64,000 nt of DNA from positions 64,001 through 128,000 of IMG/VR virus record IMGVR_UViG_3300031998_000003. One strand, given 5' to 3'. Below, piece after piece: positions 1-10,296 of the stretch (position 1 is the first letter of the stretch; each line of letters opens with the position of its first letter). This stretch comes from a virus (Duplodnaviria > Caudoviricetes). Made by a program: the position numbers and the translations under genes. Below the pieces are notes generated by a model. That model was given only the letters and a program-made list of their open reading frames with translations, made no database searches and was not told where the DNA came from.

Positions 1-32
1 TATACGATGATGACAATGACCTGATCACAAGT

Positions 33-1313
33 ATGTTGATTGCAAAGTATCTGACGGACTCTCAAACATACACCATCGTGACGTTTGATGAGTTCCAGAA
101 GCAGCTGTTTGAGATTCTGTTCCCTGAAAGAACAATTGCAAAGATCAGAAAGATGGTTGAAGAGAATGACGTTGGTGACGATGTCAAAGGTTTGTTCCCG
201 GAAGATATGCCACGTGATATCTTCATTGTATCTTTCATGATCAAAGTTATGCACATCTTTATCGAACACTTCATCATTTCCACAGGCAATTCTCCGAAGG
301 ATTTGTATGAGCTGTTTGCCACTGCATTTACCAATATCATGAATCACATTAACCCGAACATCTACGTGTTGTTGTATGATTACGTGTACAACTCTGTCGT
401 TCAAAGCTGTTCATCGAACTCGAATATCTATGATATGCAGGCGATCGATGGCGTCACAATTCCGACAACAACGCAGTATGTTATGCGTAAGAGTCTGCTG
501 TGCGATGGTCTGATTAAACTGACATTTGCATCTGTTTGGGATAAAATAAACAAGCGTCCAACATATTCCTGTGTTGGTTTGATCAAAGCGATCATCACTC
601 AGGCATCATTCGTAACCAGAAAGGTTCAGCTTCGGTATTCGCTCGTTAATGTGGATGATGTGTCACAGCTCCTCTCCGATCAGATTTCAGCCAACTCCCC
701 GATCTCCATGATTCGTTCGTTCAATCCTGGTGAATATTGCTGTATGTTCATTGATCTAAATACGATCATTGCAAGAATCGCGATGGAAACGAATCTCGAA
801 CCACTGGATTTCTATCTGCAGAATCTTCCACAGATGAATGATCTCTCTAAGATTCTGATTGAGTTCGTGTTGTATAACAAGTTTCACTCGTCATTGTCTA
901 TCAATACATTGTCGATGAAACAGAAGTACATTCTGTTGTTGTATGTAAGAAGCGTTGTCATGCAACTTTATATGTTGGACGAGCAGTCTACAACGACAAA
1001 CGCGATCGTCAATATGCTTACAGCAAAGACAGTGAATCATGCAACCAAGACGCTGACTCAAAAGGATTTGAATTCCATCAAGAAATATGTGAAACTTAAC
1101 AACCTGAAACAGCATCTCCTCTCCGATAATAACGTGAATGCTTTTGTCGAATCGATTATGCATACGATTCTGTCATCATATACTATCGTCAATCATAACG
1201 ATCCCGATCTTCTCGATGTATCGTTACAGTATGATGCAAATGCAATGACAATCGATCTGTTGGATTTGTGTGTACGGTTGTTTGATTACATTGCCCAACC
1301 CCAAGCAGTATAA
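33..1313 (+). CDS. Conserved-looking helical phage protein, likely 5'-truncated (frame open to window start); adjacent to RNAP beta' gene
   Basis: 426-aa ORF, no stop upstream to position 1; 20 nt before the beta' gene; no recognisable motif. Confidence 0.6.
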   Translation: MLIAKYLTDSQTYTIVTFDEFQKQLFEILFPERTIAKIRKMVEENDVGDDVKGLFPEDMPRDIFIVSFMIKVMHIFIEHFIISTGNSPKDLYELFATAFTNIMNHINPNIYVLLYDYVYNSVVQSCSSNSNIYDMQAIDGVTIPTTTQYVMRKSLLCDGLIKLTFASVWDKINKRPTYSCVGLIKAIITQASFVTRKVQLRYSLVNVDDVSQLLSDQISANSPISMIRSFNPGEYCCMFIDLNTIIARIAMETNLEPLDFYLQNLPQMNDLSKILIEFVLYNKFHSSLSINTLSMKQKYILLLYVRSVVMQLYMLDEQSTTTNAIVNMLTAKTVNHATKTLTQKDLNSIKKYVKLNNLKQHLLSDNNVNAFVESIMHTILSSYTIVNHNDPDLLDVSLQYDANAMTIDLLDLCVRLFDYIAQPQAV

Positions 1314-1333
1314 AGAAAGGAGCGTGATGCTAT

Positions 1334-2716
1334 ATGCGAGCTGAACGAATCAATATGAATATCGAGTATCTCGCAGACTTGGCAACACATAATGGGTTTC
1401 GCATCGAGAATGAAGACCAGTATTCTCCTACAAATGTTGATGCATGGGTAAACTCTCAGAAGTTTACGGATGTTGAATACAGATGTGATTGTGGTGCGTT
1501 TACTGGTCAGGAATTTATCGGCCAAACATGCCCGAGATGCCATACAGAAATCATCCTGCATTCTCTGAATTTCGGCTATACTGGATGGATTCCACTGAAT
1601 GGTCATCGCGTTATCACGCCGGTATATTATGTCATGCTGAAGCGTGTTCTGGGTACACAAATGCTGCGGTATATCCTTGGTGATTACAAGGAAAAACAGA
1701 CAATCAAATACAACGAAAATGACAATGGTGAAATTGCTGAAGAAAAGAAACAAAAACGTGCAGGAAGAATCGCAGCCGATGACATCAGAGCAATCGAAGC
1801 TAAGATTCCGAAATCCAAGCGGATGTACAAAGGTCTCGGTCATGACGGATTCTATGAAAGATTCGAAGAAGTCATAAGAGCATGTGCGCCTAAAAATGAT
1901 GAAGAGGCCGAGACATTGATTCGTGAAAAGGATGCTGTGTTCACAACTCAGATTCCGGTATATTCTACTGCATTTCGTCCGGTGTCAAAAACTTCAGAAA
2001 CCAAGTTCTATCCAAAGATCAACAAGCCGATTGCAATGATGATATCAGTTGCTTGTAAGATGGAGAACATGCAACTCCAGCTGGAGTATATTCAGGCATT
2101 GAATTACATTCAGTCATGTTGGATGGACGCAGTTGAGCATTTGATCAAGAATGAAATCTCCAAAAAAGAAGGTTTCGTTCGTTCTGAAATTGTTGGCGGT
2201 GGATTCCTGTTTTCAGCTCGGTGTGTTATCACGTTCGATAACACACTGAATGTTGACGAAGTTGATCTTCCGTATTCGATGGTACTGACAGCATATCAGT
2301 TCAGAATCACGAGAATGCTTGCAACGCGTTATAATATGACGCTGGAACAGGCATATTTGTTCGTCAATACCAATGAACAGAATGAACTTGTGAAGTCTCT
2401 GCTGGATGAGATATTGTCAACACCACAATGGATCATCTATCTACGTGAGCCAACAAATAATATCGCATCGATCGTTCTGGCAAAAATTCGTCGTTACAAG
2501 ATGAACGATGATACTATGTCCGTTCCGCCTGAGCCTCTGCGTGGTTTGAATGCAGACTTCGATGGTGATGCTTTGGACATCTTGTTCCTGACTGATCAGC
2601 TGGTCCCGATGTTTATGTCGTTCCACTATTCATGTATGATTGATTACGTCAATGAGCGTATTCGTCTGGAAATGAAAGAATGGAATGATATTGCTATTGG
2701 AAGAATGACTGAATAA
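1334..2716 (+). CDS. Phage multisubunit RNA polymerase beta' subunit, N-terminal/catalytic part (phiKZ/AR9-type)
   Basis: Zn-binding CDCG...CPRC, SARCVI, REPT and catalytic NADFDGD in 460 aa; SD GAAAGGAG upstream. Confidence 0.93.
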   Translation: MRAERINMNIEYLADLATHNGFRIENEDQYSPTNVDAWVNSQKFTDVEYRCDCGAFTGQEFIGQTCPRCHTEIILHSLNFGYTGWIPLNGHRVITPVYYVMLKRVLGTQMLRYILGDYKEKQTIKYNENDNGEIAEEKKQKRAGRIAADDIRAIEAKIPKSKRMYKGLGHDGFYERFEEVIRACAPKNDEEAETLIREKDAVFTTQIPVYSTAFRPVSKTSETKFYPKINKPIAMMISVACKMENMQLQLEYIQALNYIQSCWMDAVEHLIKNEISKKEGFVRSEIVGGGFLFSARCVITFDNTLNVDEVDLPYSMVLTAYQFRITRMLATRYNMTLEQAYLFVNTNEQNELVKSLLDEILSTPQWIIYLREPTNNIASIVLAKIRRYKMNDDTMSVPPEPLRGLNADFDGDALDILFLTDQLVPMFMSFHYSCMIDYVNERIRLEMKEWNDIAIGRMTE

Positions 2717-2722
2717 GAAGTA

Positions 2723-2766
2723 GTGGGAGGGCAAACGCCCTCCCATATAACTTCATTTTTTTTTTA
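2723..2766. terminator. Intrinsic terminator between convergent genes
   Basis: GTGGGAGGGC-AAAC-GCCCTCCCAT hairpin followed by a T tract. Confidence 0.8.
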
Positions 2767-3399
2767 TTGTGCGATTGTGATGTCGTACGGCTTTCCAACA
2801 TTGCGTTGTTTATAATTCAATTCATCGCCGACTTTCAAGACACCCCAAATATCAGATGATATTTCAACATACTTAAGCTCGGTGTCATTCGAATTGACCA
2901 GTTGTCCGATTGCAGTATATATCCGAGAACGATATGATTCGCGTTCTGCACCAATTCCATCAGATCGATCTGACGTTTTTAATGTGAATTCTCCGAAGTA
3001 TGGTTCATGATCGTATCCTTGTGTTGGAACACGTCGAGTCACATGCCATTCGTTTCTGTCATAATCATACCGAGTCACATAGTATGTTTCCGTACGGCTC
3101 TTTCCATCTTGATCCACGACAGTTCTAGTTTTTCGTTTTCTATACGAATGAACATTATACGCATCTGATGGATAGTCACTCTCGTCAGTATGATGGATCA
3201 CTTGATATTCTTCAATATTCACAGTATATTCCCATTGAATATTCTTAACCTGCATGGTATAATCATGTGGTTTCAGCAGATAGGCAAAGAGAAATATTAC
3301 ACCCAGAATAGCACCAATGATGACGCCATAATGAATCCAATCATCATGGATTCGAATGCTTTTGTTCTGGGTAATTTTGAGCTCATGATAAACGTCCAT
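2764..3399 (-). CDS. Membrane-anchored hypothetical protein
   Basis: TM segment YGVIIGAILGVIFLFAYLL; start reassigned to MDVYHELK with SD-like site. Confidence 0.7.
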   Translation of the reverse strand: MDVYHELKITQNKSIRIHDDWIHYGVIIGAILGVIFLFAYLLKPHDYTMQVKNIQWEYTVNIEEYQVIHHTDESDYPSDAYNVHSYRKRKTRTVVDQDGKSRTETYYVTRYDYDRNEWHVTRRVPTQGYDHEPYFGEFTLKTSDRSDGIGAERESYRSRIYTAIGQLVNSNDTELKYVEISSDIWGVLKVGDELNYKQRNVGKPYDITIAQ

Positions 3400-3703
3400 C
3401 TGCACCACCCTTATATCTGTCAGCGTTAATTCTGTCGAGTATAACAATCTCTTCATTAGCAAGTTCATCCGGACGAATCACAAGTTCTTGACGAACATTC
3501 TTCCAGGAGTCATCTTTGGCGTAATATACAATACGTGCTTCGTGATGCACATCGGTATCTGTGTGAACGGGAAATACATCAACACAAATTCCACAGATGA
3601 TGTCTTCATTAAACACGGTCCTATTGTTTAATACGTACAGATCACCAACACGAAAGAAATCCGTGTCGATATCATGCAATGTTATTGTACGTAACCCATT
3701 CAT
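3383..3703 (-). CDS. Hypothetical protein, recurring beta-rich domain family
   Basis: SD GAAAGGAG before MNGLRT; DFFRVGDLYVL...IRPDELANEEIVI pattern. Confidence 0.7.
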   Translation of the reverse strand: MNGLRTITLHDIDTDFFRVGDLYVLNNRTVFNEDIICGICVDVFPVHTDTDVHHEARIVYYAKDDSWKNVRQELVIRPDELANEEIVILDRINADRYKGGADGRLS

Positions 3704-3730
3704 ATTTGAAACTCCTTTCGGTAAGAAAAG

Positions 3731-3754
3731 AATACCCCGCGTTTGCGGGGTATT
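3731..3754 (-). terminator. Intrinsic terminator hairpin
   Basis: AATACCCCGC-GTTT-GCGGGGTATT with adjacent A-rich tract (U tract on minus strand). Confidence 0.75.
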
Positions 3755-3764
3755 CCATATATGA

Positions 3765-4475
3765 TTAATCAATTTTTTTCAGCTCTTCATCGATAACAAA
3801 GGAAATGTCATCATATGCTTCTTGGAATTTTTCAGGAATGAATTCATCACATCCGCCATTCCAAAGATCCGAAATGAATTTGAGGACGAGGTTGTTTTCA
3901 TCAGTACGAATCACCTCGTATCTTTCATAATCATTCCTATATTTTCTGTCACCAAATTTGTCTCTGTTTTCTTTTCTATCAAGAATCTCATCCGGATATT
4001 TCTTTATGAACACAACTCTTGAAGATGCACATGAAGCACCAACGAGTATATCCATCGGGTCAGTTGCATCTTTATTGATTTTTGTTATCCATGCTTCGAT
4101 CTTAAAAGCAATGTCATACTTTTCACAGTCACGCTGATCAGCCGGATGCTCGAACTCGATCACGCTATCAAGATTATCAATGTCACCATAACGTCTGATT
4201 GTGATATTAACCCATGGCTCGTTTTTGATATACGTGTCGTCAAGGCCCTTTTCAATATCAGCAGCTGAGCCAAGATTGATTGAGATTCCGATATAATCAG
4301 TGTCATTAGCATCGGACGGCTCCGGGTACGGGGTTACACGAGCTCCGAGTTCATTTTGAGCAAACGTGGCACATTTGTCAAGTATTCTAGCAAATGTCAT
4401 CACGGTCTCGTTGACACATGCTGCTTGAGCAGCAGCCTCATCCATTTTGTCTTTGAAAATGTCGGTGTAAATCAT
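3765..4475 (-). CDS. Hypothetical protein
   Basis: ORF with SD GAAAGGAAG before MIYTDIFK. Confidence 0.7.
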   Translation of the reverse strand: MIYTDIFKDKMDEAAAQAACVNETVMTFARILDKCATFAQNELGARVTPYPEPSDANDTDYIGISINLGSAADIEKGLDDTYIKNEPWVNITIRRYGDIDNLDSVIEFEHPADQRDCEKYDIAFKIEAWITKINKDATDPMDILVGASCASSRVVFIKKYPDEILDRKENRDKFGDRKYRNDYERYEVIRTDENNLVLKFISDLWNGGCDEFIPEKFQEAYDDISFVIDEELKKID

Positions 4476-4503
4476 ACTAAACTTCCTTTCAGTTTGAAAT
4501 ATT

Positions 4504-4531
4504 AAATCACCCCGCGTTTGCGGGGTGATTT
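4504..4531 (-). terminator. Intrinsic terminator after recA-like gene
   Basis: AAATCACCCCGC-GTTT-GCGGGGTGATTT. Confidence 0.75.
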
Positions 4532-4540
4532 TTAACATGA

Positions 4541-5914
4541 TTAAGCCGCTTCTTTCAGGTCATCAACAATCTTCGTGGTGAGATCATCGATGATATCATC
4601 CATGTCAAACCGCTTTGCACCAGACTCATCAAGCGGCGCTTTTGCGATAAGCTTCTCCAGCTCTTCTCGAGCAGTTTGCATGAAAATTTTGTATGTTGCG
4701 ATGTTGTTCTTGAAGTCATCGTAGCATGTCTTCCAAGTGAACTTCTCAGAGATCGGTTCACCATTCTCATCGGTAACTCTCCACCCAGCCTTGTTGCCTT
4801 TCAGGCGGCCTTTCTGTTTGAGGTACTCGATGAGTGTACGGATGTTGTCAACACCTTCCTTGCGTTTGTCAATGATGATGTTGAAGCCGAGCCCTGTCTT
4901 GACATTACCAGACTCATTTGTCGAACACTTGGTCGGCTCAAAGAGAACTGTATTGCCCTCGAAACCATCAGAGTCTTCATGGTAACGAGAATCCTCGGAT
5001 ACCAGACCAGACAGATTGAGAACAGTTGATGCATTGAACTCGACAGAAGAACCGCCGGAAATTCTCTCATCGTTTGCACCATACTGGAACTGCTTCTTGA
5101 CACCAGCAAATGGATTCAGCGCCATGTTCGCAGTCTTGTGTGCGATCGCGATCAGAATGATGTTTGCCTCGTGAAGCATCGGAAGGATATCTGTCAGAAG
5201 ACCACGAATTGTCTTTGCAGTCTGAGCACCGTACATATTACCACGGAGCTCTTTCGAATCTTCAACCCATTTCTTGTCATTGACATTGTACTCGTTCTCA
5301 ATGACATTCTGAATGGAATCGAGAAAGACAACTGTTGGAGGCATCAGCTTGATCGGACGATTCTGATCATCTACTTCACCAGTGTCCTTCAACAGATACT
5401 GCTTGTTCTGCATCTTGTTTGCATAGATCTCTGCGATGTCATTCTGAAGTGTGTCATAACCGATTGCACCAGACCGCAATGCATATCTCGGATAATCTCC
5501 AGAGAACCAGTGTGAATCCAGCTTCGATAGAGTCTTGACACGTTGCAGAACCAGACGCTGTTCGGCATCATAGTGTACGATGTTTCCACCATACTTCTCC
5601 GCGATTGCGGAAATGATCTGAATACAGATTGTTGTTTTATATGACTGCGTACGGCCAGTGACAACGTTGAACGATCCTGCCTGCAAACCTTTGCAGACAC
5701 GCTTCTTGATGAACTTATCTCCATCAAACACATTGACTTCATATCCCAGCGCATAGTCGATGATGGGAATACCTGTGCTGTAGGAATAGTCAACCAGCGT
5801 GTTCTTGGAGAATACACGGGATGTTCCATGACCGGATACGAATGACATGAAGTCCAACTTACCCAGGTCTTCCTCCAATGGAGTCTGTGTTTTTGTCCGT
5901 TTAATCGTTGGCAT
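4541..5914 (-). CDS. uvsX: RecA/UvsX-like recombinase
   Basis: YSTGIPIIDYALG, Walker A GRTQSYKTT, YDAE, Walker B VVFLDSI, SGG..VEFNAS; start at MPTIKR with SD. Confidence 0.88.
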   Translation of the reverse strand: MPTIKRTKTQTPLEEDLGKLDFMSFVSGHGTSRVFSKNTLVDYSYSTGIPIIDYALGYEVNVFDGDKFIKKRVCKGLQAGSFNVVTGRTQSYKTTICIQIISAIAEKYGGNIVHYDAEQRLVLQRVKTLSKLDSHWFSGDYPRYALRSGAIGYDTLQNDIAEIYANKMQNKQYLLKDTGEVDDQNRPIKLMPPTVVFLDSIQNVIENEYNVNDKKWVEDSKELRGNMYGAQTAKTIRGLLTDILPMLHEANIILIAIAHKTANMALNPFAGVKKQFQYGANDERISGGSSVEFNASTVLNLSGLVSEDSRYHEDSDGFEGNTVLFEPTKCSTNESGNVKTGLGFNIIIDKRKEGVDNIRTLIEYLKQKGRLKGNKAGWRVTDENGEPISEKFTWKTCYDDFKNNIATYKIFMQTAREELEKLIAKAPLDESGAKRFDMDDIIDDLTTKIVDDLKEAA

Positions 5915-6013
5915 TTGGGTTCCACCTTTCATGATTTTTTGGTATGAATAGGTTTCTGATATTCTTCGATATATCGACCTACTTCGTCCAAATGATGTAT
6001 ATGTCAAATTAAA

Positions 6014-6550
6014 TTAATCTTCCAAATCAGAAGAATCTTTGACATAATCCGTCACAAGATCATGATATAACGGATCCGCTAATGCAGCTGGATGTGGTTC
6101 TGGTTTCGCAATATCCCGATGGAACTTATCTGCAGCAAATTGACGAAGTGCACGAACACGATGACATTCTGATATCTTGATCAAATGTTTCATTTCATTC
6201 AATCTGGAGATCCGATCGTCAATGTGTTTCGCATCAATGTCAAATCTTTCAATCCGCACTTTCAGTTCACTTTCATGAACGCGGATGCTATGAACAACTG
6301 GAGCTTTGTCAGTACACCTTGGATCATTGGCTATCTGGCACATCTTTTCAATCTGAGTGTTATGATAATCAGACCACGTCTTTAACTCATCTTTCAGCTT
6401 ATCAAGTTCATATTGTGCCTCGATGATGTCATCTTCAAGTTGAACCATATTCTGGCATTTTCGAAGATTATAGATGCGACGAATTTCATCAAGTGTTAAT
6501 TCTTCCAGAACAAGCCGACCCTTTTCATCAGTGGTTATCATAATGATCAC
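6014..6550 (-). CDS. Hypothetical coiled-coil protein
   Basis: Heptad-rich ORF in packed operon. Confidence 0.65.
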   Translation of the reverse strand: MIIMITTDEKGRLVLEELTLDEIRRIYNLRKCQNMVQLEDDIIEAQYELDKLKDELKTWSDYHNTQIEKMCQIANDPRCTDKAPVVHSIRVHESELKVRIERFDIDAKHIDDRISRLNEMKHLIKISECHRVRALRQFAADKFHRDIAKPEPHPAALADPLYHDLVTDYVKDSSDLED

Positions 6551-6561
6551 CCCATTCTCAA

Positions 6562-6963
6562 TTATTCGACAATCATCAGCCGATCGATATAAATGTCAAA
6601 GTCGCCATGATGATAATCACCATTCGCATAGTCTCTTGCATTAATTCGAAGCTGATCCGGTGATGTTGCTCTGAGATTATGTCCGCCAGCAGCTTCGATC
6701 CCATATGTTTCGAACACTGCAATCGTCTGGTTTTCTTCAAATCCGAGGAAGATTGCAACAACACCTTTATCCATGACGTCAAGCACCTTTACTTTCATCA
6801 TGGAACCTGTTCTGGTTGATGATATGTCATCCCACTTATCACAATCGATGGAATGGCGTACAGCGCTTTCAGTTTTCAACTGGAGTCTGTATGCTTCACC
6901 GGGGATGAAAGCATCTTTTACAAACCCAGTCACTTGTGTAATATACGGACGCATATATTTCAC
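6562..6963 (-). CDS. Hypothetical protein, recurring beta-rich domain family
   Basis: DAFIPGEAYRL...LRINARDYANG pattern. Confidence 0.65.
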   Translation of the reverse strand: MKYMRPYITQVTGFVKDAFIPGEAYRLQLKTESAVRHSIDCDKWDDISSTRTGSMMKVKVLDVMDKGVVAIFLGFEENQTIAVFETYGIEAAGGHNLRATSPDQLRINARDYANGDYHHGDFDIYIDRLMIVE

Positions 6964-6964
6964 C

Positions 6965-7753
6965 TCACTTTACACGAATGATTTCAATCTTTTCAGATGT
7001 AACATCCTTCACAGAGAATGTTACATTTGTTGCTTTCCGGTCTCCATCACGATGATCGATTACGACTACTTTCAGATTGGTATTGTGGTCGGTTTGCTCG
7101 AGCACAAACGCATTATAGAAATATCCCTTCTTAAACATCAGCGGCGGCTGTTTGAGAGCGCTGTCATCTTTGATATAGATTTGGATGAGTGCACCCGGTT
7201 CGAGGAATTGCGGATCAAATATCGGCCGTGAGATAATACCGTTGTATTTCGTGTGTTTCATAGTCTCATCGATCTTCTGAGACACAACCCATTTATCTCG
7301 CATTGCCTCTTGGATCGGACTGTAAAGCCGAGACATGAAATCCCAGAGATATCTGTATCCGGATGCTTTCAGTTCATTCTCATCCCAGTAATTCAATTTG
7401 GGATAGTCATTCTCTCGGATACAAATGCCTTTGTAACGATCTTGTACTTCACCGTTTCTGTGCAGCATGTTAATGTTTAACATGTTTGCATTTGCACCGC
7501 CTGCATACACATATTCGAGTTGACACACATAGAATCCATCATTTTGTATATCAATTGTGAATCCGTTCTGTGCGTAATCGATATTGAATGTTATATCTGT
7601 ATTGAAATCATCTTCGTTAAGATTGCCAGTTTGTACATTGAAGAACTTTCGCCAGAACATCCGAAGCTGGTCGAGTTCAGTAATCAATACGTTGAGCAGC
7701 TCATTCGTGCTCAACGCTTTCATACCATCACCGTATTCTTTTTTATCAGGCAT
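6965..7753 (-). CDS. Hypothetical protein with C-terminal recurring beta-rich domain
   Basis: SD AAGGAGG; PQFLEPGALIQI...FSVKDVTSEKIEI. Confidence 0.7.
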   Translation of the reverse strand: MPDKKEYGDGMKALSTNELLNVLITELDQLRMFWRKFFNVQTGNLNEDDFNTDITFNIDYAQNGFTIDIQNDGFYVCQLEYVYAGGANANMLNINMLHRNGEVQDRYKGICIRENDYPKLNYWDENELKASGYRYLWDFMSRLYSPIQEAMRDKWVVSQKIDETMKHTKYNGIISRPIFDPQFLEPGALIQIYIKDDSALKQPPLMFKKGYFYNAFVLEQTDHNTNLKVVVIDHRDGDRKATNVTFSVKDVTSEKIEIIRVK

Positions 7754-7920
7754 TTTGTTTATCCTCCTTAGAAAACTCTGATGATTTGACAGGTTTTACA
7801 GTATACTCATATTTCCCGGGTTGATCGGTTAATGGAGCAAGATCAATTTCAATCAACATTGGTTCTGGGAATTGAGCAATCAGTGCTTCAGCATCTGTCA
7901 TTCGGTGGCCACGAATAACG

Positions 7921-9240
7921 TCATTCACGACAACACCCCTCATCTTCAGTTTGGATTAAAGTCTCATTCATCAGAACTCGTTTGACAGTTATCAATCCAC
8001 TCTCAATTTCGTCTGCATGAACCGGGATTCTGAGTAAGTCATCACGTCCCTCAATTCCTCCGAGCATGAAATCGATTACTGTCGAACAAACATCTTCACA
8101 GATTGCATATACCCACCGAGGGACTTTAATGGGTGTCGTTGAAATCCTACTCCAGTCATATACAGGATCGATTTCCAACAGATAGATGTCACCGATCACA
8201 AAATAACTTGTGTCGAGTACAAACACCTCTTTTGTCATGAGACCCACTGGTGCTGTAATCGCGGTATCTTGAAACTGGGGCAAACTATGATACAGTTCGT
8301 AATTCAATGTATTGCGAAGAATATTCACAAACGGTTTGAACACTTTGTCCACATTCAAACCATCAGCAGCATATTCAAAACAGTACATGTCGGGATTTTT
8401 GTATAGAATATTGAATCCATGTTCATAACAAAATCCGGTATCAGATGAATTATATCGGATTATGAATTCATGTTGCCCATACATATCCGGTTGACATGTG
8501 AAACTACAAAGTGGAATAGTATTGATAATAGAATCACCATATACAATTTTTGCCACTACCTGGTTTGGAGTTACATCAATCGCATAACCCAACATGTTCT
8601 TGACCTGGGTCGGTGATAAATCAGGGGCATCAGCAATATATTTTGCTCTAAGCCTCGTCAATTCATTGACTGCATCCCGGTCGACTATCATGATTCGTAC
8701 AGCTTTGATCATGCAATCCTGGATATCATGAACTGATAATGTTTTTGACACGTCGTCCATATTCACACTCACTTCCTCTTCATCATATGACGGATTCGTA
8801 AATCTATTCACAGTGGTCGCAATATTATCTGTCAAGTCATTGAAACAGCCTTTTCCGAATATGTCGAACCACTCATCATAACCACCAGTATCATCCGAAA
8901 TTGTGACATCCACTTTTCCGTCATAAATTTCACAGAACGGATCATATTCAGTATATACCCCGTCTTTCATCTTTTTCAACGAGATTTGGATATAATCCGT
9001 TCCATCTTCATAGTCAAGTGAAATGAATATAGACGAATAGTTATTCGAATCTTTCATTCTACTATATCTCCACTCGACATAATCTTTGTATGTAACGGAA
9101 TCATTATTTATTCTTGATCTTGTGTAATAGCCTCTTGCAAAATCAGTCTTCTCAACCCACCATTTGTCGATTGTTCTGATGACATGCGCGAGTAAACTTA
9201 TCACGTCATCGGCTGACATTTTTCGTTCCATTATTATCAC
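7921..9240 (-). CDS. Hypothetical protein with C-terminal recurring beta-rich domain
   Basis: 439-aa ORF; SYFVIGDIYLL...VHADEIESGLITV. Confidence 0.7.
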   Translation of the reverse strand: MIIMERKMSADDVISLLAHVIRTIDKWWVEKTDFARGYYTRSRINNDSVTYKDYVEWRYSRMKDSNNYSSIFISLDYEDGTDYIQISLKKMKDGVYTEYDPFCEIYDGKVDVTISDDTGGYDEWFDIFGKGCFNDLTDNIATTVNRFTNPSYDEEEVSVNMDDVSKTLSVHDIQDCMIKAVRIMIVDRDAVNELTRLRAKYIADAPDLSPTQVKNMLGYAIDVTPNQVVAKIVYGDSIINTIPLCSFTCQPDMYGQHEFIIRYNSSDTGFCYEHGFNILYKNPDMYCFEYAADGLNVDKVFKPFVNILRNTLNYELYHSLPQFQDTAITAPVGLMTKEVFVLDTSYFVIGDIYLLEIDPVYDWSRISTTPIKVPRWVYAICEDVCSTVIDFMLGGIEGRDDLLRIPVHADEIESGLITVKRVLMNETLIQTEDEGCCRE

Positions 9241-9246
9241 CTTTCT

Positions 9247-9555
9247 TCATGCAAGATATCCATCTAAGATGGAAGCATTTCGTTCAGCTGCTTCGGTACC
9301 GATCAGGCTGTCATCAAGAAGTTTATGAATGTATTCTCGCTGCCAGTCTGTACCAGATGTTTGCCATATATTCAGTTCATTATGTGTCAGCAATACATCG
9401 TACACATGGCAATCGTAAAATATGCGAATGACATGTGGTGATACAGGGACGACGATGCATTGTTTTCCCCGGAAGATGAACGGTCGAATGAGTTTCTTAT
9501 GAGACACCAGTTCCATATGGAAAACCTCCTTCATTATATAATACAAATTCACCAC
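9247..9555 (-). CDS. Hypothetical protein
   Basis: ORF in packed operon; likely start at MELVSH. Confidence 0.55.
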   Translation of the reverse strand: MVNLYYIMKEVFHMELVSHKKLIRPFIFRGKQCIVVPVSPHVIRIFYDCHVYDVLLTHNELNIWQTSGTDWQREYIHKLLDDSLIGTEAAERNASILDGYLA

Positions 9556-9832
9556 AGTTGAATCTCACAATCACTTGTTCATCATTGAGTGTCATATATC
9601 CGTATGATGCGCCATATCCGATTTGAATACGATTGATGTCTTTTGTCGGGTAATCAATACCATCAATTCTGATATAATCGTGTGCAAATATGTCGGTCAT
9701 AAGTTCATCTTCTATTGATGTTGAATTATTTTCACACGTCCATACCACAAGTGCAGACACACCTGCGATTATCAGTATAGCCAACATCAAAGGAGTTATC
9801 TTTTTCAAAAACTTTTTCAAGGTTCTGTTCAA
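9497..9832 (-). CDS. Small membrane-anchored protein
   Basis: Basic N-terminus followed by hydrophobic LMLAILIIAGVSALVVW. Confidence 0.65.
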   Translation of the reverse strand: MNRTLKKFLKKITPLMLAILIIAGVSALVVWTCENNSTSIEDELMTDIFAHDYIRIDGIDYPTKDINRIQIGYGASYGYMTLNDEQVIVRFNCGEFVLYNEGGFPYGTGVS

Positions 9833-10281
9833 GTCTCTTCACCACCATTCATTTCTTGACTTTTCCTGATCAGTTCATCTTTCCACAGTTCTGTATTTAC
9901 TTGCACGATTCGTGCATATATTTTGAATAGGGTATTGACCCATTCTTCATCTAATGCAAAACGTGCGAAGTAATCCGTGTTGTACCTGAAGTCAATTGAA
10001 TCTGATGATATCTTAATGATGTAATTGTCTATACACCACTTCCGAAGATCTTCGATTTCAGCTTCTTTACAACCAATTGCACGAATTCTGGAAGTAATTA
10101 CGAAACCGGTATTATCATACATTTCGGCGAGAACCAAATATGGATACGTATGAATTGTCCATAAGGAATGGGCTTTTTCTATATGAAGCTTTGTTACTTC
10201 GCATAGCATATTTCGTAGATAATCACTGTGAAATTGGTCAATGATCTCACATACGATATCTTTCGTAATATACACTTTCAT
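9829..10281 (-). CDS. Hypothetical protein
   Basis: ORF with overlapping stop/start. Confidence 0.6.
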   Translation of the reverse strand: MKVYITKDIVCEIIDQFHSDYLRNMLCEVTKLHIEKAHSLWTIHTYPYLVLAEMYDNTGFVITSRIRAIGCKEAEIEDLRKWCIDNYIIKISSDSIDFRYNTDYFARFALDEEWVNTLFKIYARIVQVNTELWKDELIRKSQEMNGGEET

Positions 10282-10296
10282 GATTTGACACCTTCA

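Noticed and set aside
1334-5914. Introns or inteins in RNAP beta' or recA
   Set aside because: Reading frames are continuous, of expected length, and lack intein motifs
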